The notes: a model not told the origin generated them from the letters alone. DNA of 64,000 nt from Candidatus Calditenuaceae archaeon (GCA_025059595.1 JANXDI010000015.1:89872-153871), one strand, 5' to 3'. Counted from the stretch's first letter, positions 28,390 to 36,756 are shown. Translations and numbers: made by a program.

Positions 28390-28448
28390 AACCATTCTTC
28401 CGTGATGGGAAGGAAGATGGTTTAAACCTGAAAAACATTTTGTGACTC

Positions 28449-28877
28449 CTAATCTCCTAACACTGTGACTATTATCCGTCTTTCCCTAGCGCGAGTGTCC
28501 AACTCTACTAGCACAACCTGCTGCCATGTCCCTGTCACGAGCTGTCTGCCTCTGACTGGGATGCATAGTGACGGGCCGATGATGGAGGCCCTGATGTGAG
28601 AGTGGCCGTTGTCGTCACCCCATCTTTCATGATGTTTGTAATAGGCGTTTTTAGGAGCTATTCTCTCCATCGCTGTGCGGAGGTCTTCTATGAGGCCGGG
28701 CTCATGTTCTATCGTGGTGAGAGCGGCTGTTGAGCCAACCACGTAAAGGTGGGCCACACCGTCTCTGATTTCAGACCTAGATATATGGCCCTCGACCTTG
28801 TCTGTGATGTCGATGACGTCATTCTCTCCGCGCGTTCTTACAACTATTTCTCCGGTATAGGTTGACATCTCAATCAT
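28449..28877 (-). CDS. yjbQ: YjbQ/UPF0047 family protein
   Basis: GSTAALTTIE, DNGHSH, GTWQQVVLVELD. Confidence 0.9.
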   Translation of the reverse strand: MIEMSTYTGEIVVRTRGENDVIDITDKVEGHISRSEIRDGVAHLYVVGSTAALTTIEHEPGLIEDLRTAMERIAPKNAYYKHHERWGDDNGHSHIRASIIGPSLCIPVRGRQLVTGTWQQVVLVELDTRARERRIIVTVLGD

Positions 28878-28909
28878 CCTTCTATCTCAGAATCCTATAA
28901 TTTTTGCCT

Positions 28910-29854
28910 TCAGCCATACCTCTCCTTCAATTCTCCGCCCGGCAGATAGAGACGTTCCAGTTCGGCGTATCTACTCAGTCCGACAAATTCGTGGAGATTC
29001 TCGAAGGGTGTGGCCTCAAGCTCCGCCTCGAGCCTCCACTGAGCCTCCTCTTCCTCACACGCTAAGCTCTTCAGATATTTCCAAACAGAGAGTAGCTCGG
29101 CCTGCAGCGCCCCCATGCTAACCAGCACTATCCTATAGCCCTTAGCTGAGAGTTCTCTGAAGCGAAGCCTTCGAGAACTCTTTGACCACTTGAATGACGA
29201 GGAGTAGTTAAAAAGAAGGGGAACATCAGGATTCTTTTTCAAGACTTCATCAGCGAAAATGTCAGCAGCGGAGTCGTCGGGAGATCTGAACTCGGCCCAA
29301 ACCACATCTGCCCCGGCATCCGCGAAAGCTACTCCCCTCCTCACAGCCTCCTCCAGAGTCCCGCCTCCAGAGCCGAGCACATCTGTTCGTGCAATAATCA
29401 ACATGTCCTTGGCAACCTCATCACGGGCCCTAATTATCGACTTCAACTTCAACAAAGCCTCATCAAAGGGTAAAACAAGCTTCCCAGCCAAGTGGCCACA
29501 CCTTTTCGGAAACCTCTGGTCTTCTATGTGAATGGCTGCGACACCGGCCCTGCTGAACTCCTCCACGGTTCTCGTCGCTGTCACAGCGTTCCCATAGGCG
29601 TCGTCGGCGTCAGAAATGACCGGTGATTTGACGGCCCTCGCAACCAAGCCGGCGAAGAAGACCATGTCTGTGAGGTTGAGGAACCCTATGTCGGGCTTGA
29701 GCAGGTAGCCGATGGAGGCTGAGTAGCCGCTTAGATAGATGCATTTGAGCCCAGCCATCTCAGCGAGACGCGCTTGGACCGGCGAATATACACCTGCTGT
29801 GAAGATTAGTTGCTCGCTTTTGAGCATGTTTCTCAATATGCTTCCCGCAGACAT
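28910..29854 (-). CDS. aceA: Isocitrate lyase/PEP-mutase superfamily enzyme, resembling the short haloarchaeal-type isocitrate lyase
   Basis: YLSGY, DADDAYG, HIEDQRFPKRCGHLAGK, IARTD, and the ICL-type FNYSSSFKW motif. Methylisocitrate lyase not fully excluded. Confidence 0.7.
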   Translation of the reverse strand: MSAGSILRNMLKSEQLIFTAGVYSPVQARLAEMAGLKCIYLSGYSASIGYLLKPDIGFLNLTDMVFFAGLVARAVKSPVISDADDAYGNAVTATRTVEEFSRAGVAAIHIEDQRFPKRCGHLAGKLVLPFDEALLKLKSIIRARDEVAKDMLIIARTDVLGSGGGTLEEAVRRGVAFADAGADVVWAEFRSPDDSAADIFADEVLKKNPDVPLLFNYSSSFKWSKSSRRLRFRELSAKGYRIVLVSMGALQAELLSVWKYLKSLACEEEEAQWRLEAELEATPFENLHEFVGLSRYAELERLYLPGGELKERYG

Positions 29855-29936
29855 GCTGAATATGAATTGGAAGGGACGTTGAAAAGTCTTGTCATAAATA
29901 AATACGCGGTGATGTTAAGGGTTTTTACTTAGGGGT

Positions 29937-30251
29937 ATGGTCTTGAGGCTCGGTGGTTCCAACGTGGAGCTGAGTGAGTGTCAGATATTGATGGAGAGGA
30001 TTTATGGTGAACGTGATAGAGCCCGGGGCGCGGAGAGGACTCTCCTTTGGATGCTCTCCGAGGCGGGAGAGGTGGCTGACTCGTATATCAAGGACTCTGA
30101 GAGGCTCGGGCCTGAATTTGCGGACCTACTAGCTTGGATGCTCAGCACATGCAACGTTCTCGGCATAGACATCCAGAAGGAGTTTGTCTCGAGGTATGGG
30201 GCAGGCTGCCCCCGCTGCGGCCAAATTCCGTGCAAATGCCCAATACTCTAA
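29937..30251 (+). CDS. MazG-like nucleotide pyrophosphohydrolase with C-terminal Zn motif
   Basis: WMLSEAGEVA, EFADLLAW, CPRCGQIPCKC. Confidence 0.8.
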   Translation: MVLRLGGSNVELSECQILMERIYGERDRARGAERTLLWMLSEAGEVADSYIKDSERLGPEFADLLAWMLSTCNVLGIDIQKEFVSRYGAGCPRCGQIPCKCPIL

Positions 30252-30418
30252 TCTCTGCTCCGCCTCTTAACTATCTTAATTCTGCAGAGAAGATAATCGC
30301 CGTCCTTAATATCGAAGATCTTTCTAATCTCCTCCGGAATGGTGATACGACCCCCTGCCGTAACCTCTGCGAAGAAGGGAACGTCCTCTTCCTTTACCGT
30401 TACCTCACCCATCGCCAT
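30248..30418 (-). CDS. AbrB/MazE/SpoVT-family DNA-binding microprotein (56 aa)
   Basis: Manual translation MAMGEVTVKEEDVPFFAEVTAGGRITIPEEIRKIFDIKDGDYLLCRIKIVKRRSRD*, with the GRITIPxEIR...GD AbrB signature. Not in the ORF track. Confidence 0.82.
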   Translation of the reverse strand: MAMGEVTVKEEDVPFFAEVTAGGRITIPEEIRKIFDIKDGDYLLCRIKIVKRRSRD

Positions 30419-30454
30419 TTAACAGCTATTCTTTACTTTTTTAATTTTAGCTCC

Positions 30455-31426
30455 TCACTCTAGGGGCTGAGCCTCCCCGCCTATCCCTGAGACAAGAGTC
30501 TCGAACCCTCGGCTCCGAATCTCTTCCTCAACGGCCTCTACATGTTCAGGAAGCGTGTTAACGTAAACAGTGGGGCCGGTCTGCATCGAGAAGTAGGCGG
30601 GGATGCCCCTGCTCCTTAGTTTCTTAACGGTGTCTATCACCTTGAGACTCTCCGGTGTCATGAGTATTGACCCGTAAACACCTGTCATGGTTACCGCGTG
30701 AAGCTCGAGCGAGTCCCTCTCCACAAGCTCACCAAACTTCTTGAAGTCGCCATCATGTATAGCCTTCTCCAACTCGACGCATCTTCTATTCGCGGACTCT
30801 ATCCTTGCGGAGAGGAATGGTGAAGTCTCAGCCTCTCTGTGGGCTGTCTCCGTTGAGACATCCAGCCAGAGTGGCACTATGACATATTTTATTTCGAGGG
30901 CCGACCTGTCCCCTATTCGGATGGCGTAGCTGTCCTCGTCTGACGTTCCTGCCAGCCATTTGGCGTATTCTCCCACGACGGACCTACATGCTGAGCCGGC
31001 CAGAAGCCTAGCTATCCGTGAGAGGAGGCGCTTGTCCCATCCATAAAATTTGTCGAGGGCGGCGGCTTTGTAAGCGGCCGCTGCGATTGCGGCACCCGCA
31101 GAGGCGGAGAAGCCCATGCCCTTGGCCCGAATATTGGGGTGGTTCTCGGTCATTACTATGCATCTCTCTTCGACACCGGCAAGTGCTCTCACCCTGTCAA
31201 TCACCGCCAAGACCCTGTCCCTCGGACGGCCCTTTAGCTCAACTCCACCCGCCATAACCACATCACTCTCACGCGAGGTAAACTCGACCCGCGCGACTGT
31301 AAACGCCACGTCGGTGTTGACCGAGATGCTGTCGTGGAATGGGATTCTCAACTCCCAGTCTCTGAGCCCATGATACTTGACGAGTGCCTGCATCGTGTAG
31401 GCCTTCGCGACAGCCCTGCCCGCCAC
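30455..31426 (-). CDS. mvaD: GHMP-family (phospho)mevalonate decarboxylase, haloarchaeal/Chloroflexi PMD-like
   Basis: QALVKYHG, RIPFHDSISV, GFSASAG, AGSACRS, SMQTGPTV. Confidence 0.85.
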   Translation of the reverse strand: MAGRAVAKAYTMQALVKYHGLRDWELRIPFHDSISVNTDVAFTVARVEFTSRESDVVMAGGVELKGRPRDRVLAVIDRVRALAGVEERCIVMTENHPNIRAKGMGFSASAGAAIAAAAYKAAALDKFYGWDKRLLSRIARLLAGSACRSVVGEYAKWLAGTSDEDSYAIRIGDRSALEIKYVIVPLWLDVSTETAHREAETSPFLSARIESANRRCVELEKAIHDGDFKKFGELVERDSLELHAVTMTGVYGSILMTPESLKVIDTVKKLRSRGIPAYFSMQTGPTVYVNTLPEHVEAVEEEIRSRGFETLVSGIGGEAQPLE

Positions 31427-31528
31427 GTACTAAGGAATGTCAACCTCCTCTATTCATAGTCTCCTCTATCAGAGGGAAGGACTTTTAACACGCGCGTTGA
31501 GATGATGCTTCGAGTCGGTTTGAGGAGG

Positions 31529-31909
31529 ATGAAGGACCCCGCCGTGAAGTATTTCTACGCGGGGGTGAAGGATTCGGAACGGGCTGCATTCGAGGCGGGT
31601 ATAGCGCTTGCCACGGCATACCACTATCTCCTCGGTCTGCCTCTGCCGAGGAACAGAGCGTCTGCCCGAAGACTATTAGATGACCTGAGTAAGGGGCTGG
31701 CCGCGCAGCCGTTCAGGGAGAGGGTTGAGGTCAGGATTAAGGGGTTGCAGACGGGTAGGACAGCATATAGTTACGGTAGAGTGAATTCGAGGAACCTTGA
31801 TGTCCGCGTGGTCGTCAGGTATGGGCGGAGTAGGGTTCAGGCTAGGCTAAGCTGGGTAAGGGAGCTTAACTATCCTCTCATGAGAATCGAGAAGGTCGCT
31901 ACAGAGTAG
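31529..31909 (+). CDS. mptD: Archaeal dihydroneopterin aldolase family (MptD/DUF372)
   Basis: DPAVKYF, ERAAFEAGIALAT, QPF, ELNYPLM. Start set at the ATG after GAGGAGG; the ORF track starts at 31502. Confidence 0.72.
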   Translation: MKDPAVKYFYAGVKDSERAAFEAGIALATAYHYLLGLPLPRNRASARRLLDDLSKGLAAQPFRERVEVRIKGLQTGRTAYSYGRVNSRNLDVRVVVRYGRSRVQARLSWVRELNYPLMRIEKVATE

Positions 31910-31927
31910 TTATCAAACCATCAACTG

Positions 31928-32059
31928 TTAGTGGCTGCAAAAGAGGTCTGAGCGCCCCGTTACCCTAGAGTAGCAGCCGTCGCAGAGAACCTCGCCGCGA
32001 TATATGTTTAGACGGCTGAGGGCTTTTCCACACCGCGAGCAGGTCTTCAAGGAGGTCAA
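31928..32059 (-). CDS. Putative 43-aa zinc-finger microprotein
   Basis: Manual translation from TTG: MTSLKTCSRCGKALSRLNIYRGEVLCDGCYSRVTGRSDLFCSH* (CxxCG...LCxxCY). TATA-like CTTATAT upstream on the minus strand. Confidence 0.62.
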   Translation of the reverse strand: MTSLKTCSRCGKALSRLNIYRGEVLCDGCYSRVTGRSDLFCSH

Positions 32060-32141
32060 GAACGCATCTATTTGATTATAGGGAAACTGAGATATAAGCT
32101 ACACACTACCACGCTCAAAATCAGAAGCCCTACCAGCCCGT

Positions 32142-33062
32142 CTACATGCTTCCCCTGACCATCTGCAAAAAACAATATCGGGGGAACTCCCTTAACAGCC
32201 TCTTGTAGTTCGCATCGACAGGCATCACTTCCGATAAGTTATCCACTTCGCGGAGAGAGTCCTTCAGCACCTCGTGTATGTATCCCTGAAAGCCCTTAAG
32301 GGCTCTCCAAACTTTTACGAGCTCGCGAAGCTTCCCTGCCTTGAGCGCGAAATACCCCTGCCTCACAAGCTCCTCAACTCTACCCAAGCCACGCACGAGC
32401 CTGAGAATCCCGCCACCCGATAGCATCTCTCCATAATCATCCCCCACCTGATAGATGACGCCTACGGCGCGGCCATAGCTCTTTGCTAGGGCGCGGACCT
32501 CGTCGGGAACCTCTGCGAGAATTGCCGCAGACTCTGCGGCTGCTGCGAAGAGGGAGGCGGTCTTGTTCTCGATGATTCTTAGGTAGAGGAGCTGCGAGGG
32601 TGGCGTTGTTGACAGTATTTCCTCTAGGACTCCGAGGGAAGCCTTATCCCATGCCTCGAGGAAGATGCGAGAGATTTCAATGCCCTTTTCAAGGACTGTC
32701 TTGAAAGCGAGGTTGATTATCCTGTGGCCCTCGACTACGGCCCGGCTTATGCCTACCTGCCTCCAGAGGGCCGGCTTCCCCCTCCTCAAATCATCCCAGT
32801 CGATAATGTCGTCGTGAACTAGGCTCGCAGCGTGGGCGAGCTCCAGAGCGAAAGCCACTTCAAGCGCAGACTCCCTATCTCTACCCCCTAAGGCCTCGAA
32901 GACCAGAAGGAGGAAGATCGGTCTGAGACGCTTTCCGCCATGAATCGCCCTCTCCAGAACCTGCCTATCAGGTAAACCTGCTAGACGCCTCTCAATCCAG
33001 GACTCAAGCTCTTTACGCTGCGCGTCGATGTAAAGGGCGGCATCCGCGTAAGATGACAACAA
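32142..33062 (-). CDS. trans-Polyprenyl diphosphate synthase (likely medium/long chain)
   Basis: GGKRLRP, FARM DDIID followed by RRG, KTASLF, degenerate SARM DDYGE. Confidence 0.85.
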   Translation of the reverse strand: MLSSYADAALYIDAQRKELESWIERRLAGLPDRQVLERAIHGGKRLRPIFLLLVFEALGGRDRESALEVAFALELAHAASLVHDDIIDWDDLRRGKPALWRQVGISRAVVEGHRIINLAFKTVLEKGIEISRIFLEAWDKASLGVLEEILSTTPPSQLLYLRIIENKTASLFAAAAESAAILAEVPDEVRALAKSYGRAVGVIYQVGDDYGEMLSGGGILRLVRGLGRVEELVRQGYFALKAGKLRELVKVWRALKGFQGYIHEVLKDSLREVDNLSEVMPVDANYKRLLREFPRYCFLQMVRGSM

Positions 33063-33137
33063 GCTGGATACGCCTTATCAGCCAATAGAGCTTCGCCTCC
33101 AGTTATAAAGATAGTGCCTTACCACAAACCATTAGAG

Positions 33138-33578
33138 TTACGCGTATCTCAGGATTAGTGTCTTGAATCTCTGCTTCGGCATCGCACCCACGACGGCGTC
33201 GACTGGCTTCCCATCCTTAAATATGATGAAGGTTGGGATGCTCATAATGCCAAACCTCGCCGCCGTCCCCGGGTTGTAGTCCACGTTAATCTTTCCGAAG
33301 GCGACCTTTCCGGCCATCTCGGATGCCAGCTCCTTAATCACCGGAGACATGAATCTGCAAGGCGCGCACCACTCAGCCCAAAAATCAACCACGACCAGCG
33401 GATATTTGTTGATGAACTGGTCAAAATCTGAGTCGCTCAGCTCAACCGGCTGGCTCGGATAATTCACTACATTACGGGACCCAGAAATATTTCCACCGCT
33501 CTGTGTGAGGAGTTCCTTTAACTTTCGCGCCTTTATCCGCTCAAGTTCAGAGTCGTCTATCCCCACAAGTCGTATCAT
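33138..33578 (-). CDS. trxA: Thioredoxin
   Basis: VVDFWAEWCAPC, SIPT, archaeal DxELExIK N-terminal helix. Confidence 0.93.
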   Translation of the reverse strand: MIRLVGIDDSELERIKARKLKELLTQSGGNISGSRNVVNYPSQPVELSDSDFDQFINKYPLVVVDFWAEWCAPCRFMSPVIKELASEMAGKVAFGKINVDYNPGTAARFGIMSIPTFIIFKDGKPVDAVVGAMPKQRFKTLILRYA

Positions 33579-33689
33579 CTGACGACGTCTTATTTAAAGC
33601 CGATTCCACATCAACACTCGATTATTGGCGAAATCTTTCCATGATTTTGGAAGAATAATACATGGATAAGTATTGGTGTTGTCAATTAG

Positions 33690-34613
33690 TTGGTTGTGAG
33701 GATAGTCTCGCTCGTGCCTAGCGCCACCGAGATTCTCTTCCAACTGGGAGCGGGCGACGACGTCGTGGGGGTGACCTATGCCTGCGATTATCCTGCCGAG
33801 GCACAGACCAAACAAGTAGTCGTTCTTCCGACAGTAAAGACGAAGGGTCTGTCATCCCGTGAGATTGATAAGATAATTTCAGAGACCTACGCACGAGGCG
33901 AGCCCCTTTACACAATCGACACCCGCCTCCTTTCCGAGCTAAGACCTGACGTGATAATTGCTCAGGGACTCTGCGAGGTCTGTGCAGCCGCCCCCGGGAG
34001 CGTCGAGGAGGTTGTGAAGACTGTTAACCCGGCCCCGAAGGTCTTAACGCTCCATCCACACTCAATCAAGGACGTGCTCAACGACGTCTTAAGGGTCGGC
34101 ATGGTCGTGGGAAGGGTTGGGGAGGCCCTAGAGCTGATGGAGAGGCTTCAGGCCGAGATTAGATTCGTTTCAGAGCGGGCAAGAGGTTTGCCGAGGAAGA
34201 AGACATTCTTCATGGAGTGGGTGGACCCCCCATACTGTTCTGGGCACTGGGTTCCCGAAATGATTGAGGTTGCAGGCGGGTCGGATTTCGGAGTTAAGGG
34301 AAAACCCAGTAGGAGAGTAGCACCGGAGGAAATCCTCAGGTTCGAGCCTGAGGCGATAATATGCGGCCCATGCGGCTACAGTCTCCCCGAATCTCTCCAA
34401 GATGCGAAAATTCTCTCCGATACCGCTTGGGTAAGAGAGACGCCAGCGTTCTCTGCAGGCGAGGTCTACGCTGTTGACGCCAAGCTCTATTTCAGCAGGC
34501 ATGGGCCAAGCATGATAAAGGGGATATTGGTGGCCGCAGAGATTCTCCATCCGCGAGGGTTTAGAGGCGTGGCCCCGCCTGCCAGCTATGCGAGGGTAGA
34601 AGGAATCGGTTAA
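33690..34613 (+). CDS. BtuF/class III (cobalamin/Fe-siderophore) binding-fold protein without signal peptide
   Basis: RIVSLVPSATE, CDYP, LRPDVII, QGLCEVCA, EWVDP, GHWVPEM, FSRHGP. Confidence 0.75.
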   Translation: MVVRIVSLVPSATEILFQLGAGDDVVGVTYACDYPAEAQTKQVVVLPTVKTKGLSSREIDKIISETYARGEPLYTIDTRLLSELRPDVIIAQGLCEVCAAAPGSVEEVVKTVNPAPKVLTLHPHSIKDVLNDVLRVGMVVGRVGEALELMERLQAEIRFVSERARGLPRKKTFFMEWVDPPYCSGHWVPEMIEVAGGSDFGVKGKPSRRVAPEEILRFEPEAIICGPCGYSLPESLQDAKILSDTAWVRETPAFSAGEVYAVDAKLYFSRHGPSMIKGILVAAEILHPRGFRGVAPPASYARVEGIG

Positions 34614-34643
34614 ATCTCGACAAGCCCCTCACTTCATGCAGAG

Positions 34644-35204
34644 TTGAGGCTGAGACCCACGACTCTCATAATCGCGGCTGAGACGTCCTCCCCTAACCCT
34701 GACACTGGCCGACTCGTATGCCTCGGCTACACTCAGCTAAGCCGAGAAAGGGGGCCGGTAAAAATCATATTGGGAGGCGATAATGAAAAGACCACAATCC
34801 AAAAAGTGAGAGAACTCATGAATGAATGCCACGTATACATAACATGGGGAGGCGTCAGAAGCCTAGTCCCTTTTCTCACGGCCAAGATGCTGATACACGG
34901 TATAGACCCATCGCCGCTATACTCGTCGAAACACATCGACCTAGCGGACCTAGTGTCAAGCCACCTAAACTTGAGCGGCAGTAGCCTCTACGATGCTTGT
35001 AAAATATTCCGGGTTCCCGTTGCGCCCCTCTTAAGAGGGGCTGGGCCTCAGAGAGCCCGAGTGGAGGTCTCTAATAATTCTCGCCGCAAAGGGAGTGGAG
35101 GGGCTGCTAAGTGTAGGGCTGAGGTGGTTGCTCTTGAGGGCTTGACTCGGAGGCTTCTGCCTCTAATCTCGACTGTTTACAGAGACCTGCCTACTCTACT
35201 TTGA
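34644..35204 (+). CDS. RNase H-like (YprB/DnaQ-fold) protein, apparently inactive
   Basis: Motif order xxET...TWGG...PFL...HIDL...SLxDxC follows the RNase_H_2 pattern, but the acidic residues are substituted. Confidence 0.55.
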   Translation: MRLRPTTLIIAAETSSPNPDTGRLVCLGYTQLSRERGPVKIILGGDNEKTTIQKVRELMNECHVYITWGGVRSLVPFLTAKMLIHGIDPSPLYSSKHIDLADLVSSHLNLSGSSLYDACKIFRVPVAPLLRGAGPQRARVEVSNNSRRKGSGGAAKCRAEVVALEGLTRRLLPLISTVYRDLPTLL

Positions 35205-35349
35205 TGCCGTGAGACTCTAAGGCCTTCCTTATTTTCCTAACCTCCTCCTTCAGCATGATTACTTCGCGGACGAGGCGCTCTATGTCGGAGGGCATGATTG
35301 GGCTCGGGCCCTGAAGCTCCCTGAAACCCATTTCATCTCTCCTAATCAT
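35191..35349 (-). CDS. Putative 52-aa coiled-coil microprotein
   Basis: Manual translation MIRRDEMGFRELQGPSPIMPSDIERLVREVIMLKEEVRKIRKALESHGIKVE*. Fills the gap downstream of hflX. Confidence 0.55.
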   Translation of the reverse strand: MIRRDEMGFRELQGPSPIMPSDIERLVREVIMLKEEVRKIRKALESHGIKVE

Positions 35350-35378
35350 CTAAAATGGTGTTACTTTAGGCACGTATA

Positions 35379-36581
35379 TTAAGCCTCACTCAGCTGGAAG
35401 CTCCCTCCATTACCACTCAACGCCCTGACTCTCTCAGCAAGCTGCGCAGGAGTAGTCGCCGTAACCTCAACGAAGCCGTCCCTGAAGACTATAGACTCGA
35501 CTCTTCCCCTCTCTCGGAGCTGCTTCAAGAGAGTCTGGCTAACGCCCTCGAGAGGAATTCGCGCGGTGAAGGTGACGAATCCGGAGAGTAGGGAGTCCAC
35601 AATTCTCTCGAGGCCCCCCATGTTTTCTCCAGTCTTCGCGGAGATAACGACAGCGGGAAAAACGCCTCCCGCCAGTCTGAGCAGTTTATCTCTTTTCTCG
35701 GGAAGAACTAAGTCTGCCTTGTTAAATACTATGACAATCGGCTTATTCACTACGCCTATCTGCCGCAAAGTGGAGAGAGCGACGTTCAACCTTGACTGGG
35801 CTTCCGGAAGTGGAAGAGAGCCGTCGACCATTAGCAACACTATATCTGACTCGACAACCTCCATAAGAGTCGACATGAAGGCCGAAACTAGCATGGCCGG
35901 GACATTCTTTATGAAGCCCACCGTGTCTGAGACGTAAACCGGCTTCCCTAGGATTCTGGTGAGGCGCCTCTTGGTTGAGAGGGTCGTGAAGAGCTTATCA
36001 GATATCTCTGCCGGAAAGCCGGTCAGCCTCTTGAACAGGGTGGATTTTCCCGAGTTGGTGTAGCCTGCCAGCGCTATTGAGGGGACACCGTCCAGCTTAG
36101 TTCGACTAATCATTAAAGCCTTCTTCCTCTTTATCACATCAAGCTTCTCCTGAATCTTCTGAATGCGTCTACTAATCTCCTCATAATAGACGTCAGCCTC
36201 GTAAGCGCCAAGACCATGAAAGCCGGGCTGCTCACCTCTCTTCGCAAGCCTAACCTTCTCCTTTGCTCTGGGGAGCTCATACTTCATCTCAGCCAGCTTA
36301 ATCTGCAGCTTAGCCTCCAAGCTCGAGGCGTGAAGGGTAAATATTTCGAGTATGAGGCGAATCCTGTCGATAACCTCCACACCGAGAGCCTTAGCCAAAT
36401 TATACTCCTGCACCGGCTTCAGCTCGTTCTCAAAGACAACCTTCTCTATTCCAAGCCTCTTCACGGCGTCTTTGAGCTCCCTCAACTTGCTGGGCCCGAT
36501 GTTATACTGGCTGTGGGGGTGTCGCTGCTGGGCGAGCTCATAGACAACATCGTATCCGGCAGTCTCGCAGAGCTCGGCCAA
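35379..36581 (-). CDS. hflX: GTPase HflX (true N-terminus probably extends upstream)
   Basis: LILEIF, EAKLQ, GEQPGFHGLG, GYTNSGKSTL, DTVGF, NKAD, SAKTG. Confidence 0.93.
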   Translation of the reverse strand: MAELCETAGYDVVYELAQQRHPHSQYNIGPSKLRELKDAVKRLGIEKVVFENELKPVQEYNLAKALGVEVIDRIRLILEIFTLHASSLEAKLQIKLAEMKYELPRAKEKVRLAKRGEQPGFHGLGAYEADVYYEEISRRIQKIQEKLDVIKRKKALMISRTKLDGVPSIALAGYTNSGKSTLFKRLTGFPAEISDKLFTTLSTKRRLTRILGKPVYVSDTVGFIKNVPAMLVSAFMSTLMEVVESDIVLLMVDGSLPLPEAQSRLNVALSTLRQIGVVNKPIVIVFNKADLVLPEKRDKLLRLAGGVFPAVVISAKTGENMGGLERIVDSLLSGFVTFTARIPLEGVSQTLLKQLRERGRVESIVFRDGFVEVTATTPAQLAERVRALSGNGGSFQLSEA

Positions 36582-36756
36582 CTCTTCTAAGTTGGGCTCC
36601 TCACCGGGTAGATACCTATGGACTATCGCGACCTTTACATTGACGCTCGCCGAGACACACCACCCGTCCCAGCCGCTAGAGAAAGATACGCGACAGAGTA
36701 TTTAACTTGTAACAGTTCAGGCTCGGAAATTAAGGTGAGTCGAGCCTAAGAGACGT

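Noticed and set aside
29937-30418. MazG + AbrB/MazE-like pair as a mazEFG toxin-antitoxin locus
   Set aside because: The genes are convergent and no MazF/PIN/RelE toxin is adjacent.
33579-33689. AT-rich imperfect inverted repeats upstream of the BtuF-like gene (possible cobalamin riboswitch)
   Set aside because: Too short, and lacks B12-box/GGGAA elements. More simply a divergent promoter region.
36719-36747. AGGCTCG-N15-CGAGCCT hairpin between mbf1 and hflX
   Set aside because: A single 7-bp stem without U-tract, K-turn or ACA box is not enough to call a terminator or H/ACA RNA.
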